A DNA stretch of 36,037 nt from NCBI GenBank assembly GCA_030591685.1, contig JAUVAX010000026.1, positions 1 through 36,037 of the forward strand. Reading direction: 5' to 3'. Below, piece after piece: positions 9,968 through 18,995 of the stretch (position 1 is its first letter; every line of letters begins with the position of its first letter). The notes below the pieces were generated by a model that worked only from the letters and a program-made list of their open reading frames with translations, did not search any database and was not told the origin of the DNA. Made by a program: the position numbers and the translations under genes. The stretch is from Pseudobdellovibrionaceae bacterium (GTDB taxonomy: Bacteria > Bdellovibrionota > Bdellovibrionia > Bdellovibrionales > UBA1609).

Positions 9968-11236
9968 TTAAATTTTAGAAAATATCAAACACGCATTCGT
10001 GCCACCAAAACCAAAACTATTATTTAAAGCATGCTTTATAGGGGCTTCTTTAGCTACGTTGGGTACAAAATCAAGTTTAAAACTCCCGTCGAGGTGCTCT
10101 AAATTTATAGTTGGTGGGACTTTGTTTGTGTAAAGACTCATAATTGAAAAAACACTCTCAATGGCCCCCGCAGCACCTAACGTGTGGCCCGTCATGCTTT
10201 TAGTACTGCTCACTAGGAGTTTATTATTGTGAACTCCTAAAGTAGCCTCTATAGACCGGGCCTCAATGGTATCACCCGTGGGGGTACTGGTCCCATGGGC
10301 ATTTACGTAATCAATATCTTCAGGGTTAAGTCCGGCATCATCAAGGCACATTTTCATAGCGAGCTTTGCCCCTGCGCCATCTTCAGGGGGGCTTGTGACA
10401 TGATAAGCATCCGAAGAAAGCCCATACCCTGAGAGTTCAGCATAAATAGTCGCCCCTCTTTTTTTAGCATGTTCGAAGTCTTCTAATATTAATGTTGCTG
10501 CCCCTTCACTGAGCACAAAGCCATCTCTGTCTTTATCCCAGGGTCGACTGGCTAAATGAGGGTCGTTATTTCTTGTAGAGAGGGCCTTCATGTTTTGAAA
10601 ACCAGCCATAGCTAAAGAGCATATTGTAGACTCGGCCCCGCCAGCCACCATAACATCACAATGGCCGTTTCTGATAAATTGGGCTGCATCACCGAGCGAA
10701 TGGCTCCCCGAAGCACAAGCACTTGTCACCGTATAATTAGGGCCCATAAGCCCATATTTAATACTAATTTGCCCCGAAGCTAAGTTTGCAATTATTTTAG
10801 GTATATAAAAAGGGGATACACGGCTTGGGCCACGATTTTTAATGAGGCTTGCGGTCTCCTGTGTGTCGGGTAGGCCACCCATGCCAACGCCAATAATAAC
10901 CCCTGTGCGAGTTTTTAATGCGTCGGTAAATTCGACACCACTGTCTTCTAGGGCCATTTGAGTCGCTGCTAGTGATAAATGAATAAAGCGGCTCATTTTT
11001 TTTTGTTCTTTTTTAGGGATGTACTCATCAGGGTTAAACCCTGAGACCTCTCCGGCTATTTGTACATTTAACGAGCTAGGGTCAAAGAGAGTGATTTTGT
11101 TTATACCCGATATACCGTTAAGAGCATTCTCCCACGAAGTTTTCACGTTAAGTCCAAGGGGCGTTACGGCCCCTAATCCTGTAACTACAACTCTTCGCTG
11201 TTTGTTGGGCATTGATCTCTCAAATACATGACTCAT
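9968..11236 (-). CDS. fabF: 3-oxoacyl-ACP synthase II
   Basis: RRVVVTGLG, SACASG, NAHGTST, KSMTGHTLGAAG, NSFGFGGTN. Confidence 0.97.
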   Translation of the reverse strand: MSHVFERSMPNKQRRVVVTGLGAVTPLGLNVKTSWENALNGISGINKITLFDPSSLNVQIAGEVSGFNPDEYIPKKEQKKMSRFIHLSLAATQMALEDSGVEFTDALKTRTGVIIGVGMGGLPDTQETASLIKNRGPSRVSPFYIPKIIANLASGQISIKYGLMGPNYTVTSACASGSHSLGDAAQFIRNGHCDVMVAGGAESTICSLAMAGFQNMKALSTRNNDPHLASRPWDKDRDGFVLSEGAATLILEDFEHAKKRGATIYAELSGYGLSSDAYHVTSPPEDGAGAKLAMKMCLDDAGLNPEDIDYVNAHGTSTPTGDTIEARSIEATLGVHNNKLLVSSTKSMTGHTLGAAGAIESVFSIMSLYTNKVPPTINLEHLDGSFKLDFVPNVAKEAPIKHALNNSFGFGGTNACLIFSKI

Positions 11237-11242
11237 ATAAAA

Positions 11243-11473
11243 TTAAGACTTACCTTTTTCTTTCAGGTAGTTGGTCACATCGGTCACTGTTTTAAGCTTT
11301 TCAGCGTCCTCATCGGGGATTTCAACTTCGAATTCTTCTTCCATGGCCATTACGAGCTCAACTATGTCTAAACTATCAGCACCTAAATCATCAGCAAATG
11401 AGGCCTCTGGTGTAATGCGGTCAGATTCTACTCCTAGCTGCTCTTCAATTATTTTTTTGATTTTCTCGTCCAT
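11243..11473 (-). CDS. acpP: Acyl carrier protein
   Basis: [20 protein letters not shown]. Confidence 0.98.
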   Translation of the reverse strand: MDEKIKKIIEEQLGVESDRITPEASFADDLGADSLDIVELVMAMEEEFEVEIPDEDAEKLKTVTDVTNYLKEKGKS

Positions 11474-11498
11474 TGTTCCTCCGAAAAATAGTTAACCT

Positions 11499-11526
11499 AT
11501 ATTATTTAATTATTCTCTTGTGTCAA
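11499..11526 (-). promoter_or_regulatory. Possible sigma70 promoter for acpP
   Basis: Minus strand TTGACA-N16-TAATAT in the fabG-acpP spacer. Confidence 0.45.
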
Positions 11527-11535
11527 AGACCAATA

Positions 11536-12276
11536 CTACATAAATAAGCCACCGTTAATACTTATTGTTTGTCCGGTCATATATTTAGATTTGTTGCTGA
11601 GCAAAAAGCTTACAGCTTGTGCAATATCAAGTACTTCACCGAGCTGCTTCATAGGTATTTGAGCAAATATTTCTTGTTTTTGTTCGGGGGTTAAAATATC
11701 TGTCATTTCAGTTTCTATAAAGCCTGGGGCCACACAATTTAAACGAATGTTCCGACTTGCGACCTCTTGCGCCACACTCTTTGTAAAGGCCTCTATGCCA
11801 GCCTTACTGGCCGCATAGTTGGCTTGCCCCGCATTGCCCGTTTGTCCTATAACGCTTGTGATGTTCACAATCGAGCCCGCTTTTGCCTTAAGCATAGGTC
11901 TTAGGGCCGCTTTTGTGCATAAAAAGGTGCCGTTTAAGTTAGTATTGATAACTTTTTTAAACTCATCCGACTTCATTCGAAGTAAAATTTGATCCGATGT
12001 GATCCCGGCATTATTAACAAGGCCATCTATTGTGCCAAAGGTATTAAAAATAGTTTTAAAAGCCTCATTCACTGAGGACTCATCTTCAAGTTTTAACTGT
12101 ACACTTAAATGGTCCTCGCCCTTTAGTTTTGATAATACAGCTTCGGCACTGTCAGGCCTTGATGAATAAGTAATACAAACCCTGGCCCCCTCATCAGCTA
12201 GGTGAGTTGCTATACCAGCCCCGATCCCTCGACTTCCACCTGTAATGACGTAGGACTTGCCTTGATGTGAGTTCAT
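11536..12276 (-). CDS. fabG: 3-oxoacyl-ACP reductase
   Basis: TGGSRGIG, NNAGIT, GNAGQANYAASKAG; position in the fab cluster. Confidence 0.96.
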   Translation of the reverse strand: MNSHQGKSYVITGGSRGIGAGIATHLADEGARVCITYSSRPDSAEAVLSKLKGEDHLSVQLKLEDESSVNEAFKTIFNTFGTIDGLVNNAGITSDQILLRMKSDEFKKVINTNLNGTFLCTKAALRPMLKAKAGSIVNITSVIGQTGNAGQANYAASKAGIEAFTKSVAQEVASRNIRLNCVAPGFIETEMTDILTPEQKQEIFAQIPMKQLGEVLDIAQAVSFLLSNKSKYMTGQTISINGGLFM

Positions 12277-12289
12277 AAAACCTCTTTTA

Positions 12290-13273
12290 TTATTGTTTAG
12301 CCCAGTCGGACTCTATTATTTTTAAATCTTCTAGGCTATTTAGACCAAATACTTTAATGTTTGGATTAATCTTTTTAACAAGCCCCGTTAGGACCTTTCC
12401 GGCCCCCACCTCAATGGCTTTTTTAACTTTAAAAGTAGGCTCAAAACTTTGAACACACTCCACCCACCTTACTGAAGATGAGATTTGCCGAATCAGCTGC
12501 TCTCGGCACTCGCTCACATCACTCGCAACGGTGGCACTAAAGTTTTGCACCACTGGAACAGTCGAGGGGGTAAAAGAAGTGTCTTCAAGTAAAAGACGCA
12601 TTTTTTCTTCAGCAGGGGACATTAAAGAACAATGAAAAGGGGCAGAAACTTTAAGGGGTATAAACTTACACCGCCTCACTTTGTTTTCCCCTTCGGGGAG
12701 GTGAGTGAAAACACTACTTGTGTAGTTTTTAATCAACCAGTCGATGGCTTTTTTATGTCCACTTAAAACAATTTGCCCGGGGGCATTGAAATTAGCAGCC
12801 TCTACAACAAGCTGTGTGTTTTGTTGAACCCATGCACATAAAGTTTTGACCTGGGTCGGGGTCAGGCCCATGGCCGCCACCATGCCCCCTTCGCCTTCAG
12901 GCACCGCTTGTTGCATATACTGACCACGGTTTCGTACTAATTTAATAGCCTCTTCAAAGCCTATGGTTTCAGCAGCAACAAGGGCCGCGTATTCGCCAAT
13001 AGAGTGACCCGATAAAACACTCAGCTCTGAAATGTCTGTGACCTGCTTTAATGTTAAGTAAGAGGCTATAGATACCAGCAATATGGCCGGCTGAGTGTTT
13101 TCAGTTAACGAAAGTTCTTGTTCTGAGGATTGAAATAATAATTTTTTAAAATCTTGCTTGAGAAGATCACTGGATTGTTCAAATAATAACTTAACTTGCG
13201 GAAAGTTATTGTATAAAAACTCCCCCATGCCTATATGTTGACTGCCTTGACCAGGGAACAAAAGCGCGCGCAT
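12290..13273 (-). CDS. fabD: Malonyl-CoA-ACP transacylase
   Basis: FPGQGSQ, GHSIGEY, VSAPFHC. Confidence 0.96.
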   Translation of the reverse strand: MRALLFPGQGSQHIGMGEFLYNNFPQVKLLFEQSSDLLKQDFKKLLFQSSEQELSLTENTQPAILLVSIASYLTLKQVTDISELSVLSGHSIGEYAALVAAETIGFEEAIKLVRNRGQYMQQAVPEGEGGMVAAMGLTPTQVKTLCAWVQQNTQLVVEAANFNAPGQIVLSGHKKAIDWLIKNYTSSVFTHLPEGENKVRRCKFIPLKVSAPFHCSLMSPAEEKMRLLLEDTSFTPSTVPVVQNFSATVASDVSECREQLIRQISSSVRWVECVQSFEPTFKVKKAIEVGAGKVLTGLVKKINPNIKVFGLNSLEDLKIIESDWAKQ

Positions 13274-14272
13274 CTAATACCTCAACAGTAAACTGCCGCT
13301 TGTTAGCCCGCCCCCGAAAGCGGCCAGTAAAATATTTTGACCTCTTTTTATACGACCATCTTTAACGGCACGGTCAAAAGCAATGGGTATTGTCGCCGCA
13401 GAGGTATTGCCAACATCTTCAATTTCTATAATCACTTTTTCACTAGGAAAGTTAATGTACTTTGCCACCGATTCAATGATCCTAATATTAGCTTGGTGAG
13501 GTATAAACCAAGAAACATCCTCATAGCTCATGTTATTAGCCTCAAGAGTTTCTTTAGCCGCTCGGCCCATTGTTCGTACAGCCTGTTTAAAAATCTCTCG
13601 ACCATTCATTTTTACTGTGTGTAGGTTGTCACTAATAGTTTTGGCTGTGGGGGGCATTGCGGACCCTCCTGCGGGTAAAGCGAGTAAGTCTCCATATTTG
13701 CCCTCAGCATGGCACTGGTGAGAGTAAATAAGGGAGTCTTCATCTTCTTCGGCGCGGCTCAGTATAGCGGCACCGGAACCATCCCCAAATAAAATACAAG
13801 TCTGTCTTTCATTGTAGTCGACAAAAGGGTGCAACACCTCGGCCCCAACACATAAAATATTTTTATAATGACCGGTTTGAATAAATTGGTTCGCAATAGC
13901 AAGGGCATAAATAAACCCCGAACAGGCCGCCGACATATCCATGGCCATACAGTTTTTAGCGCCGAGTTTTTGTTGTAAAATGCAGGCTGTGCTGGGCATC
14001 ATATGGTCTGGGGTTACAGTGGGTAGTAAAATTAGATCTATATCTTTAGGGTCAAGCCCTGCATCATCTAAGGCTCTTTTAGAAGACTCATAAGCCAGGT
14101 CACTTGTGCAGACCCCTTCACCGGCAATATGGCGAGACCTAATACCAGTGCGCTCGGTGATCCAAGCATCATTGGTGTCGACCAACTTTTCCAGATCTTT
14201 ATTTGTTAACAGTTTTTCTGGTAAGTAAGAACCTGTTCCAGATATTTTGGCTCTATAAAATGAGTGGCCCAT
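13274..14272 (-). CDS. fabH: 3-oxoacyl-ACP synthase III
   Basis: AACSGF, PHQANIRII, GNTSAATIP, FGGGLT. Confidence 0.96.
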   Translation of the reverse strand: MGHSFYRAKISGTGSYLPEKLLTNKDLEKLVDTNDAWITERTGIRSRHIAGEGVCTSDLAYESSKRALDDAGLDPKDIDLILLPTVTPDHMMPSTACILQQKLGAKNCMAMDMSAACSGFIYALAIANQFIQTGHYKNILCVGAEVLHPFVDYNERQTCILFGDGSGAAILSRAEEDEDSLIYSHQCHAEGKYGDLLALPAGGSAMPPTAKTISDNLHTVKMNGREIFKQAVRTMGRAAKETLEANNMSYEDVSWFIPHQANIRIIESVAKYINFPSEKVIIEIEDVGNTSAATIPIAFDRAVKDGRIKRGQNILLAAFGGGLTSGSLLLRY

Positions 14273-14322
14273 AGCCCCCCCTTTATAACTTAGAAGTTAA
14301 TCAAGTGGTGAGAACACTAAGC

Positions 14323-14502
14323 TTACTCAGCAGAAGGAGATATTTCACGGCCCTTATAGTAACCACATGAACTACACACTGTGTGCGGTAGAGATAATGA
14401 ACCACAGTTTTTGCAGTTATTTGTAGTGGGTTTTTGTAATGCCGTATGGGCTCTTCTCATGCCCCGTCTTGAACGCGAAATTTTACTCTTTGGACTTGCC
14501 AT
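14323..14502 (-). CDS. rpmF: 50S ribosomal protein L32 (not in ORF track)
   Basis: Manual translation [59 protein letters not shown] (59 aa), two CxxC motifs, GAGGTG SD, between yceD and fabH. Confidence 0.96.
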   Translation of the reverse strand: MASPKSKISRSRRGMRRAHTALQKPTTNNCKNCGSLSLPHTVCSSCGYYKGREISPSAE

Positions 14503-14561
14503 TTTGTCACCTCAGGTTATTTAATTTCAAGGTCGTCAAAATATAGTAATCTTGACAAAAA

Positions 14562-15146
14562 TCAAGAATTTAATTTAATGTTTCCTAATATTTTAAAAGG
14601 CTTATGGGTATTAGAGCCCTCAACGCTCACAGGGCGCTCTGTAGAGATAAGCCCTTTATTTTGAGCCTCCGTGAAATTAGAGCAAGATGTGTAGCAACTC
14701 TCACTGCCTAAAGCTTGGTAGGGGGTGTTGATAGCAATCTGCTCATGAAGGTATTCGCCGATATCAAACATATTTGACTCTATGGTATGGCAGTACACCT
14801 CACTGCTGTTATCTGAGGAGTAATTTTGCCGAGACTGGCTCCCATTTGTGTAAACAGTAGAGTCATCTATAATTAATAGCTCATAAAATTCAACCATTAA
14901 GGGCTTATCCACATCAACGCCACAGCGGCTACAGGGCAGGTCTAGGGTCGTTTTAAGGGTCCCTCTCACCTCGTAGGCATTGCCTAGGTGTTTAATCGTT
15001 AACTCGACCTTATACTCATGAGAGCCAATAAGCTCTGCGAGAACCTCATTTAACTCACCCGAGCGGTGATTATAGCAAAAAAGCTGACCGTCTTTATTGA
15101 GCTCAGAGAGGTTAAATACTTTGTCAGATCTATATTTTGTTTCCAT
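14562..15146 (-). CDS. yceD: YceD/DUF177 family protein
   Basis: LPCSRCG motif, FDIGEYLHEQI, C-terminal HKPF; immediately upstream of rpmF. Confidence 0.85.
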   Translation of the reverse strand: METKYRSDKVFNLSELNKDGQLFCYNHRSGELNEVLAELIGSHEYKVELTIKHLGNAYEVRGTLKTTLDLPCSRCGVDVDKPLMVEFYELLIIDDSTVYTNGSQSRQNYSSDNSSEVYCHTIESNMFDIGEYLHEQIAINTPYQALGSESCYTSCSNFTEAQNKGLISTERPVSVEGSNTHKPFKILGNIKLNS

Positions 15147-15308
15147 ACAGGAGGGTTTAGGACATTACGCGTTAAAAATCAACCCCTCATGGCAAGTTTT
15201 AATGATGCTAGCACTTGATTTTAGGCTCAACTCACTTGAGGCAGCCCCGACATTAATTAAGCTGGGGTGACAACTTGCCTCCAAAAAATATGCCTGGCAC
15301 CTGAGCTA

Positions 15309-15421
15309 TGTCTAATACTTATACAAGCCGAGGTCGATTAAGGGCTCCGTAGACATAGTGTACACCTATTTAAGGTCTAACTCATTGAAATTACATAGGC
15401 TTATTGCGGCACAGCTGTTGC
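15309..15421 (+). promoter_or_regulatory. sigma54 promoter with IHF-like site and upstream enhancer-like palindrome
   Basis: GGCAC-agctg-TTGC at 15408-15421 (GG-N10-GC); TAActcaTTGAAA at 15378-15390 (1 mismatch to IHF YAAN4TTGATW); TGT-N11-ACA at 15309-15325. Confidence 0.6.
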
Positions 15422-15457
15422 TCTTATATGAGATAAGATAGATCAAGGAGATTCAAA

Positions 15458-15721
15458 ATGAAAGCATTTGTGATATTAACTCTAGCCTTCACATTTACAG
15501 GCATAGCCTCTGCTAGGACCGATATTGATTTTAACTCAATGATAAATAGCGGCTTTAAAAAGCAAAAATCTTTAGTCATCAACACGAAAGCTCTTGCCGA
15601 AGGGGTCGAGCATAATACTGAAGAGGGTGAAATATTAAATTTTGTGGCCAATGAAGTAAAACTGAATAAAGCCTCCAAAGTGGTCTATAAAAATAAAAGG
15701 GCAAGGCTTAAAAGCTATTAA
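15458..15721 (+). CDS. Small secreted hypothetical protein
   Basis: AAGGAG SD, signal peptide MKAFVILTLAFTFTGIASA, 87 aa. Confidence 0.7.
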   Translation: MKAFVILTLAFTFTGIASARTDIDFNSMINSGFKKQKSLVINTKALAEGVEHNTEEGEILNFVANEVKLNKASKVVYKNKRARLKSY

Positions 15722-15849
15722 GTCTAATTTCTAATTCAAATAAGTGGGCTTAAAAGGTAATATTTTAATACCTTGCCGGCTCATTGCCATGTAACCTCTA
15801 TAAATTATAATAAATCGAGTGTTTGAGTGCAAAAAGGAGCCTTTTAGGT

Positions 15850-16278
15850 ATGTCTTTATATTGGTTTAAAGCCTTTCATCTTATTGCAATGGTGGCCTGG
15901 TTTGCTGGGATGTTTTATATGTTTCGGTTATTTGTTTATCACACCGAAAACGTAGGCAAAAAAGATGTTGTTGAAGTCCTGATGGTGATGCAAAGGCGTC
16001 TTTATAAAGCCATCACTCTGCCCGCTATGTTAATCACATTGTTTTTTGGTTTTGGGATGCTTGTTTTACAACCTGAATATTTAGACTTTACATGGATGAC
16101 TCTTAAGCTGTTAGGGGTTGCTGGTTTAGTGACTTATACATTTTACTTAAACTATGTGCGAAAGCGTTTTTCTAGGGGGGATGTTTACTTGACCTCTAAG
16201 CAGTGTCGCTTTCGTAATGAAATACCAACTCCTCTGTTGGTAGTTATCGTAATACTGGCCTCAATCAGACCTTTTTGA
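15850..16278 (+). CDS. hemJ: Protoporphyrinogen oxidase HemJ family membrane protein
   Basis: WFKAFHLIAMVAWFAGMFYMFRLFVYH, RRLYKAI, NEIPT; ATG 15850 preferred over TTG 15823. Confidence 0.85.
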   Translation: MSLYWFKAFHLIAMVAWFAGMFYMFRLFVYHTENVGKKDVVEVLMVMQRRLYKAITLPAMLITLFFGFGMLVLQPEYLDFTWMTLKLLGVAGLVTYTFYLNYVRKRFSRGDVYLTSKQCRFRNEIPTPLLVVIVILASIRPF

Positions 16279-16394
16279 ATATAACAACTAGACTATGGTA
16301 CTAATGCGGCCTGTCCAAAAGTTTGGCGCGTTGCACTTAAGCCTTAAACATGGGTTAATTGTTTTAATTTAACATTGAGTACAAGGAGGTCGCA

Positions 16395-17903
16395 ATGTGT
16401 AAGCTTATTTTAGGAGCACTATTTTTAACCCTATCAACGCCTGTATTTGCAGGTAATTATATTGTTAAATATAAAGCGGGGGCCATATTGAGCCTCTCAA
16501 CAATGGATGATGTTCAACTCATGGATCAACACCCTCCGGGTCGAATTATGAAGGTCTCGATTAGTCAAAAAAATGAGCCCCAGACATTAAAGCGTCTAAA
16601 AAATCTACCTCAAGTTGAGTACGTAGTTAAAGATTTTAAACTTAAAGCCTTCAGAGCTCCTCTTTCAAACGCAAAGCTTAAGGAGCAATGGGCCATCGCT
16701 AAAGTTAACGCTGAAAAGGCTTGGTCTTTAGCCGGCAATAAGGGGTCAAAAAATATAGTTGTCGCTGTGATCGATACAGGGGTGGACTATAACCATGAGT
16801 CTCTATCACCAAACGCTGTAAAAGGTTATGATTTTAGAGATGACGACAGTGACCCTATGGACAAGACTGGGGCCAGAAACCCAGGTCACGGCACACATTG
16901 TGCTGGGATTGTCGGCGCTACCGGATTTATAGATGGTGGAACAATTGGGATAGCCCCAAATATTTCTATTATGCCCATACGTTTTTTAGGTGCTGATGGT
17001 AGTGGGGATTTAGCCGGTGGTATTAAGTCTATTGATTATGCCATAGAAAAGGGTGTGGATGTTATTTCAGCCAGTTGGGGAGCCTCTGTCCCTAAGGCTC
17101 AAGCAAAGCCACTGATTGAGGCAGTTCAAAGAGCCAGCGATGCCGGGATTATTTTTGTAGCGGCGGCAGCTAATGATGGTAAAAATAATGATAAAACGGA
17201 TGTCTTTCCGGCAAATGCAGAGTTTGAAAACACAATAACTGTTGCTGCCAGCGGCCCACAAGATGAAAAACCAAGTTGGTCTAACTATGGGCGCATGACG
17301 GTTCATCTCGCTGCACCTGGCTTAAACATCATGAGCACATTACCTAAAGATAAATACTCAAATCTTTCAGGTACAAGCATGGCCACACCTCTTGTTTCAG
17401 GCTTAGTGGCATTACTCAAATCACAAGACCCTAGTTTAACAGGCAAACAAATTAGAGCGCTCTTACAGTCAACAGGTACACAGGTTAAAATTGAAACCGC
17501 CTGCAATTGCCGGGTCGATGCTGGACAAGCCATGAAGTCACTTTTAAACAAAGACCTCATTATAGCCCCTGCAGCTTTTACAGCTAAAGTGGATGACACT
17601 AAGACCTTTGAGGTTGTAAATGCCTCAGGGACAGTGACCTATGAGTCTGAAAACCCAAGTGTGGGCACCATTGATACCCAAGGGAACTTTAAAGCCATTT
17701 CTGTGGGTGAAACTCGAATTCACGCCACAGATGCTACAGGTAGAAAGGTAAGCTCACTTCAGTTGATTATAGCTAATGCGCCCTCTGATGGCGGTGGCGG
17801 CGGAGGAGGAGGCGGTGGTGATGGCTCCTGCCCCTTAGATCCCGCTCTTTGTGACATTGCTTGTGGCATCTCACCAGAGCTTCCGTGGTGCACAAACAAG
17901 TAA
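16395..17903 (+). CDS. Secreted S8 (subtilisin-like) serine protease with Ig-like domain and Gly-linked Cys-rich tail
   Basis: Triad VAVIDTG, HGTHCAG, GTSMATP; signal peptide and propeptide; C-terminal Big_2-like segment, poly-Gly, then 4-Cys tail. Confidence 0.93.
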   Translation: MCKLILGALFLTLSTPVFAGNYIVKYKAGAILSLSTMDDVQLMDQHPPGRIMKVSISQKNEPQTLKRLKNLPQVEYVVKDFKLKAFRAPLSNAKLKEQWAIAKVNAEKAWSLAGNKGSKNIVVAVIDTGVDYNHESLSPNAVKGYDFRDDDSDPMDKTGARNPGHGTHCAGIVGATGFIDGGTIGIAPNISIMPIRFLGADGSGDLAGGIKSIDYAIEKGVDVISASWGASVPKAQAKPLIEAVQRASDAGIIFVAAAANDGKNNDKTDVFPANAEFENTITVAASGPQDEKPSWSNYGRMTVHLAAPGLNIMSTLPKDKYSNLSGTSMATPLVSGLVALLKSQDPSLTGKQIRALLQSTGTQVKIETACNCRVDAGQAMKSLLNKDLIIAPAAFTAKVDDTKTFEVVNASGTVTYESENPSVGTIDTQGNFKAISVGETRIHATDATGRKVSSLQLIIANAPSDGGGGGGGGGGDGSCPLDPALCDIACGISPELPWCTNK

Positions 17904-17929
17904 TTAAATCACTGTATATATTTTGATAT

Positions 17930-17960
17930 AAAAGGCCCCTTTATTTGGGGCTTTTTTTTT
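17930..17960 (+). terminator. Rho-independent terminator (possibly bidirectional)
   Basis: AAAAGGCCCC-tttattt-GGGGC followed by T9, between convergent genes. Confidence 0.85.
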
Positions 17961-18011
17961 GGGCTAAAGAAAGACACTCAGAAAAAGCAGAGGCATATAT
18001 TTTAAGTAGGG

Positions 18012-18878
18012 CTAAAGGGTATAAATATAAATCTTACCATGCTTCATTATTAAAGGCATAAACACAGCCTTTCGCTGAATAAAGCTAATACTTAAATTAG
18101 AGTGAGGTTCAATATAAACCTTTGATTTTAACTTTATTTCTCCGTGAGCAAATCGTTTAGTCGCTCTTCGGTGCACCATCCCTAACAGAGCTCTTGCTAA
18201 AATTTTAGGGGTTAAATTACCGGGTTCACTGCCTAAAGCGTTGTATAGGTGAGAGAGTGTCTCCGCCTCAAAGCTCATCACAAACTCTGACCGGTAACCT
18301 GTGGCCTCGACTTCAAAAAGTATGTTAATTGCTCCAATAAAATCAGAGTTCATAGGTTTAGCTTCAGGAGGACCCACTTGTACAAGAGAATTTGAAAGTT
18401 TTTTATAAATATTTTTTGTGGTATCAATAAACACCTCAAAGCAGGTGGCTGATAGATATTGATCAGTACTTTTAAGTTTTAATTCAGCGCCAATAAGTTC
18501 CATAAGGTTTGAAAAATCAATCGGATGGTGCGCAACATTGACATTACTTTTTAAAGTGGTCAAGGTGTCGTCGGCCTCTTGTTGTAGAAATACTATGGGG
18601 GTTTTATTATTATTACCCGTATGACTAAGATTGCTTAAAAAATTCAAAACACCCTTTTCTTTTAAACATTTTTGCTCAGCAATTATATAATCAAAGTTTT
18701 GATTATTAAGTTTTTTTATGGTGTCTAATGAAGTATATGAATCTACAATGTTAACACTACTAGAGAAATAACTGTGAGCATAATGTGAAAAAATACTTCC
18801 AAGGTCCTTACCCTCGGATAAAACGAGAATAGCCTTTCGATTTGATACAACCCTCTCCATTTTAAGAAACCTTCCCAC
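18012..18878 (-). CDS. Degenerate receiver (REC)-like domain plus CheX-like C-terminal domain
   Basis: REC-like pattern AILVLS...LNNQNFDYIIAE...TPIVFL...HPID; C-terminal FIDTTKNIY...FIGAINI...FVMSFE...MPLIMKHGKIYI resembles the CheC/CheX fold. Confidence 0.55.
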   Translation of the reverse strand: MGRFLKMERVVSNRKAILVLSEGKDLGSIFSHYAHSYFSSSVNIVDSYTSLDTIKKLNNQNFDYIIAEQKCLKEKGVLNFLSNLSHTGNNNKTPIVFLQQEADDTLTTLKSNVNVAHHPIDFSNLMELIGAELKLKSTDQYLSATCFEVFIDTTKNIYKKLSNSLVQVGPPEAKPMNSDFIGAINILFEVEATGYRSEFVMSFEAETLSHLYNALGSEPGNLTPKILARALLGMVHRRATKRFAHGEIKLKSKVYIEPHSNLSISFIQRKAVFMPLIMKHGKIYIYTL

Positions 18879-18966
18879 ATAAGATTAGTACTTAGAATAA
18901 TTCTCACGGGAACTTAACACAATTTATAACTCTTTATGTGTATCATATTGAGGCATTTAAACGGTT

Positions 18967-18994
18967 ATTTAACATAAAATTAATGTAAGGGCTT
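18967..18994 (-). other. Candidate dif (XerC/XerD) site
   Basis: Minus strand AAGCCCTTACA-TTAATT-TTATGTTAAAT: 11-6-11 layout with a perfect E. coli-type XerD arm; intergenic. Confidence 0.65.
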
Positions 18995-18995
18995 T

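Noticed and set aside
16324..16334. TGGCGCG-TTGC upstream of the subtilase
   Set aside because: GG-to-GC spacing is not 10 nt, so it is not a valid sigma54 site.
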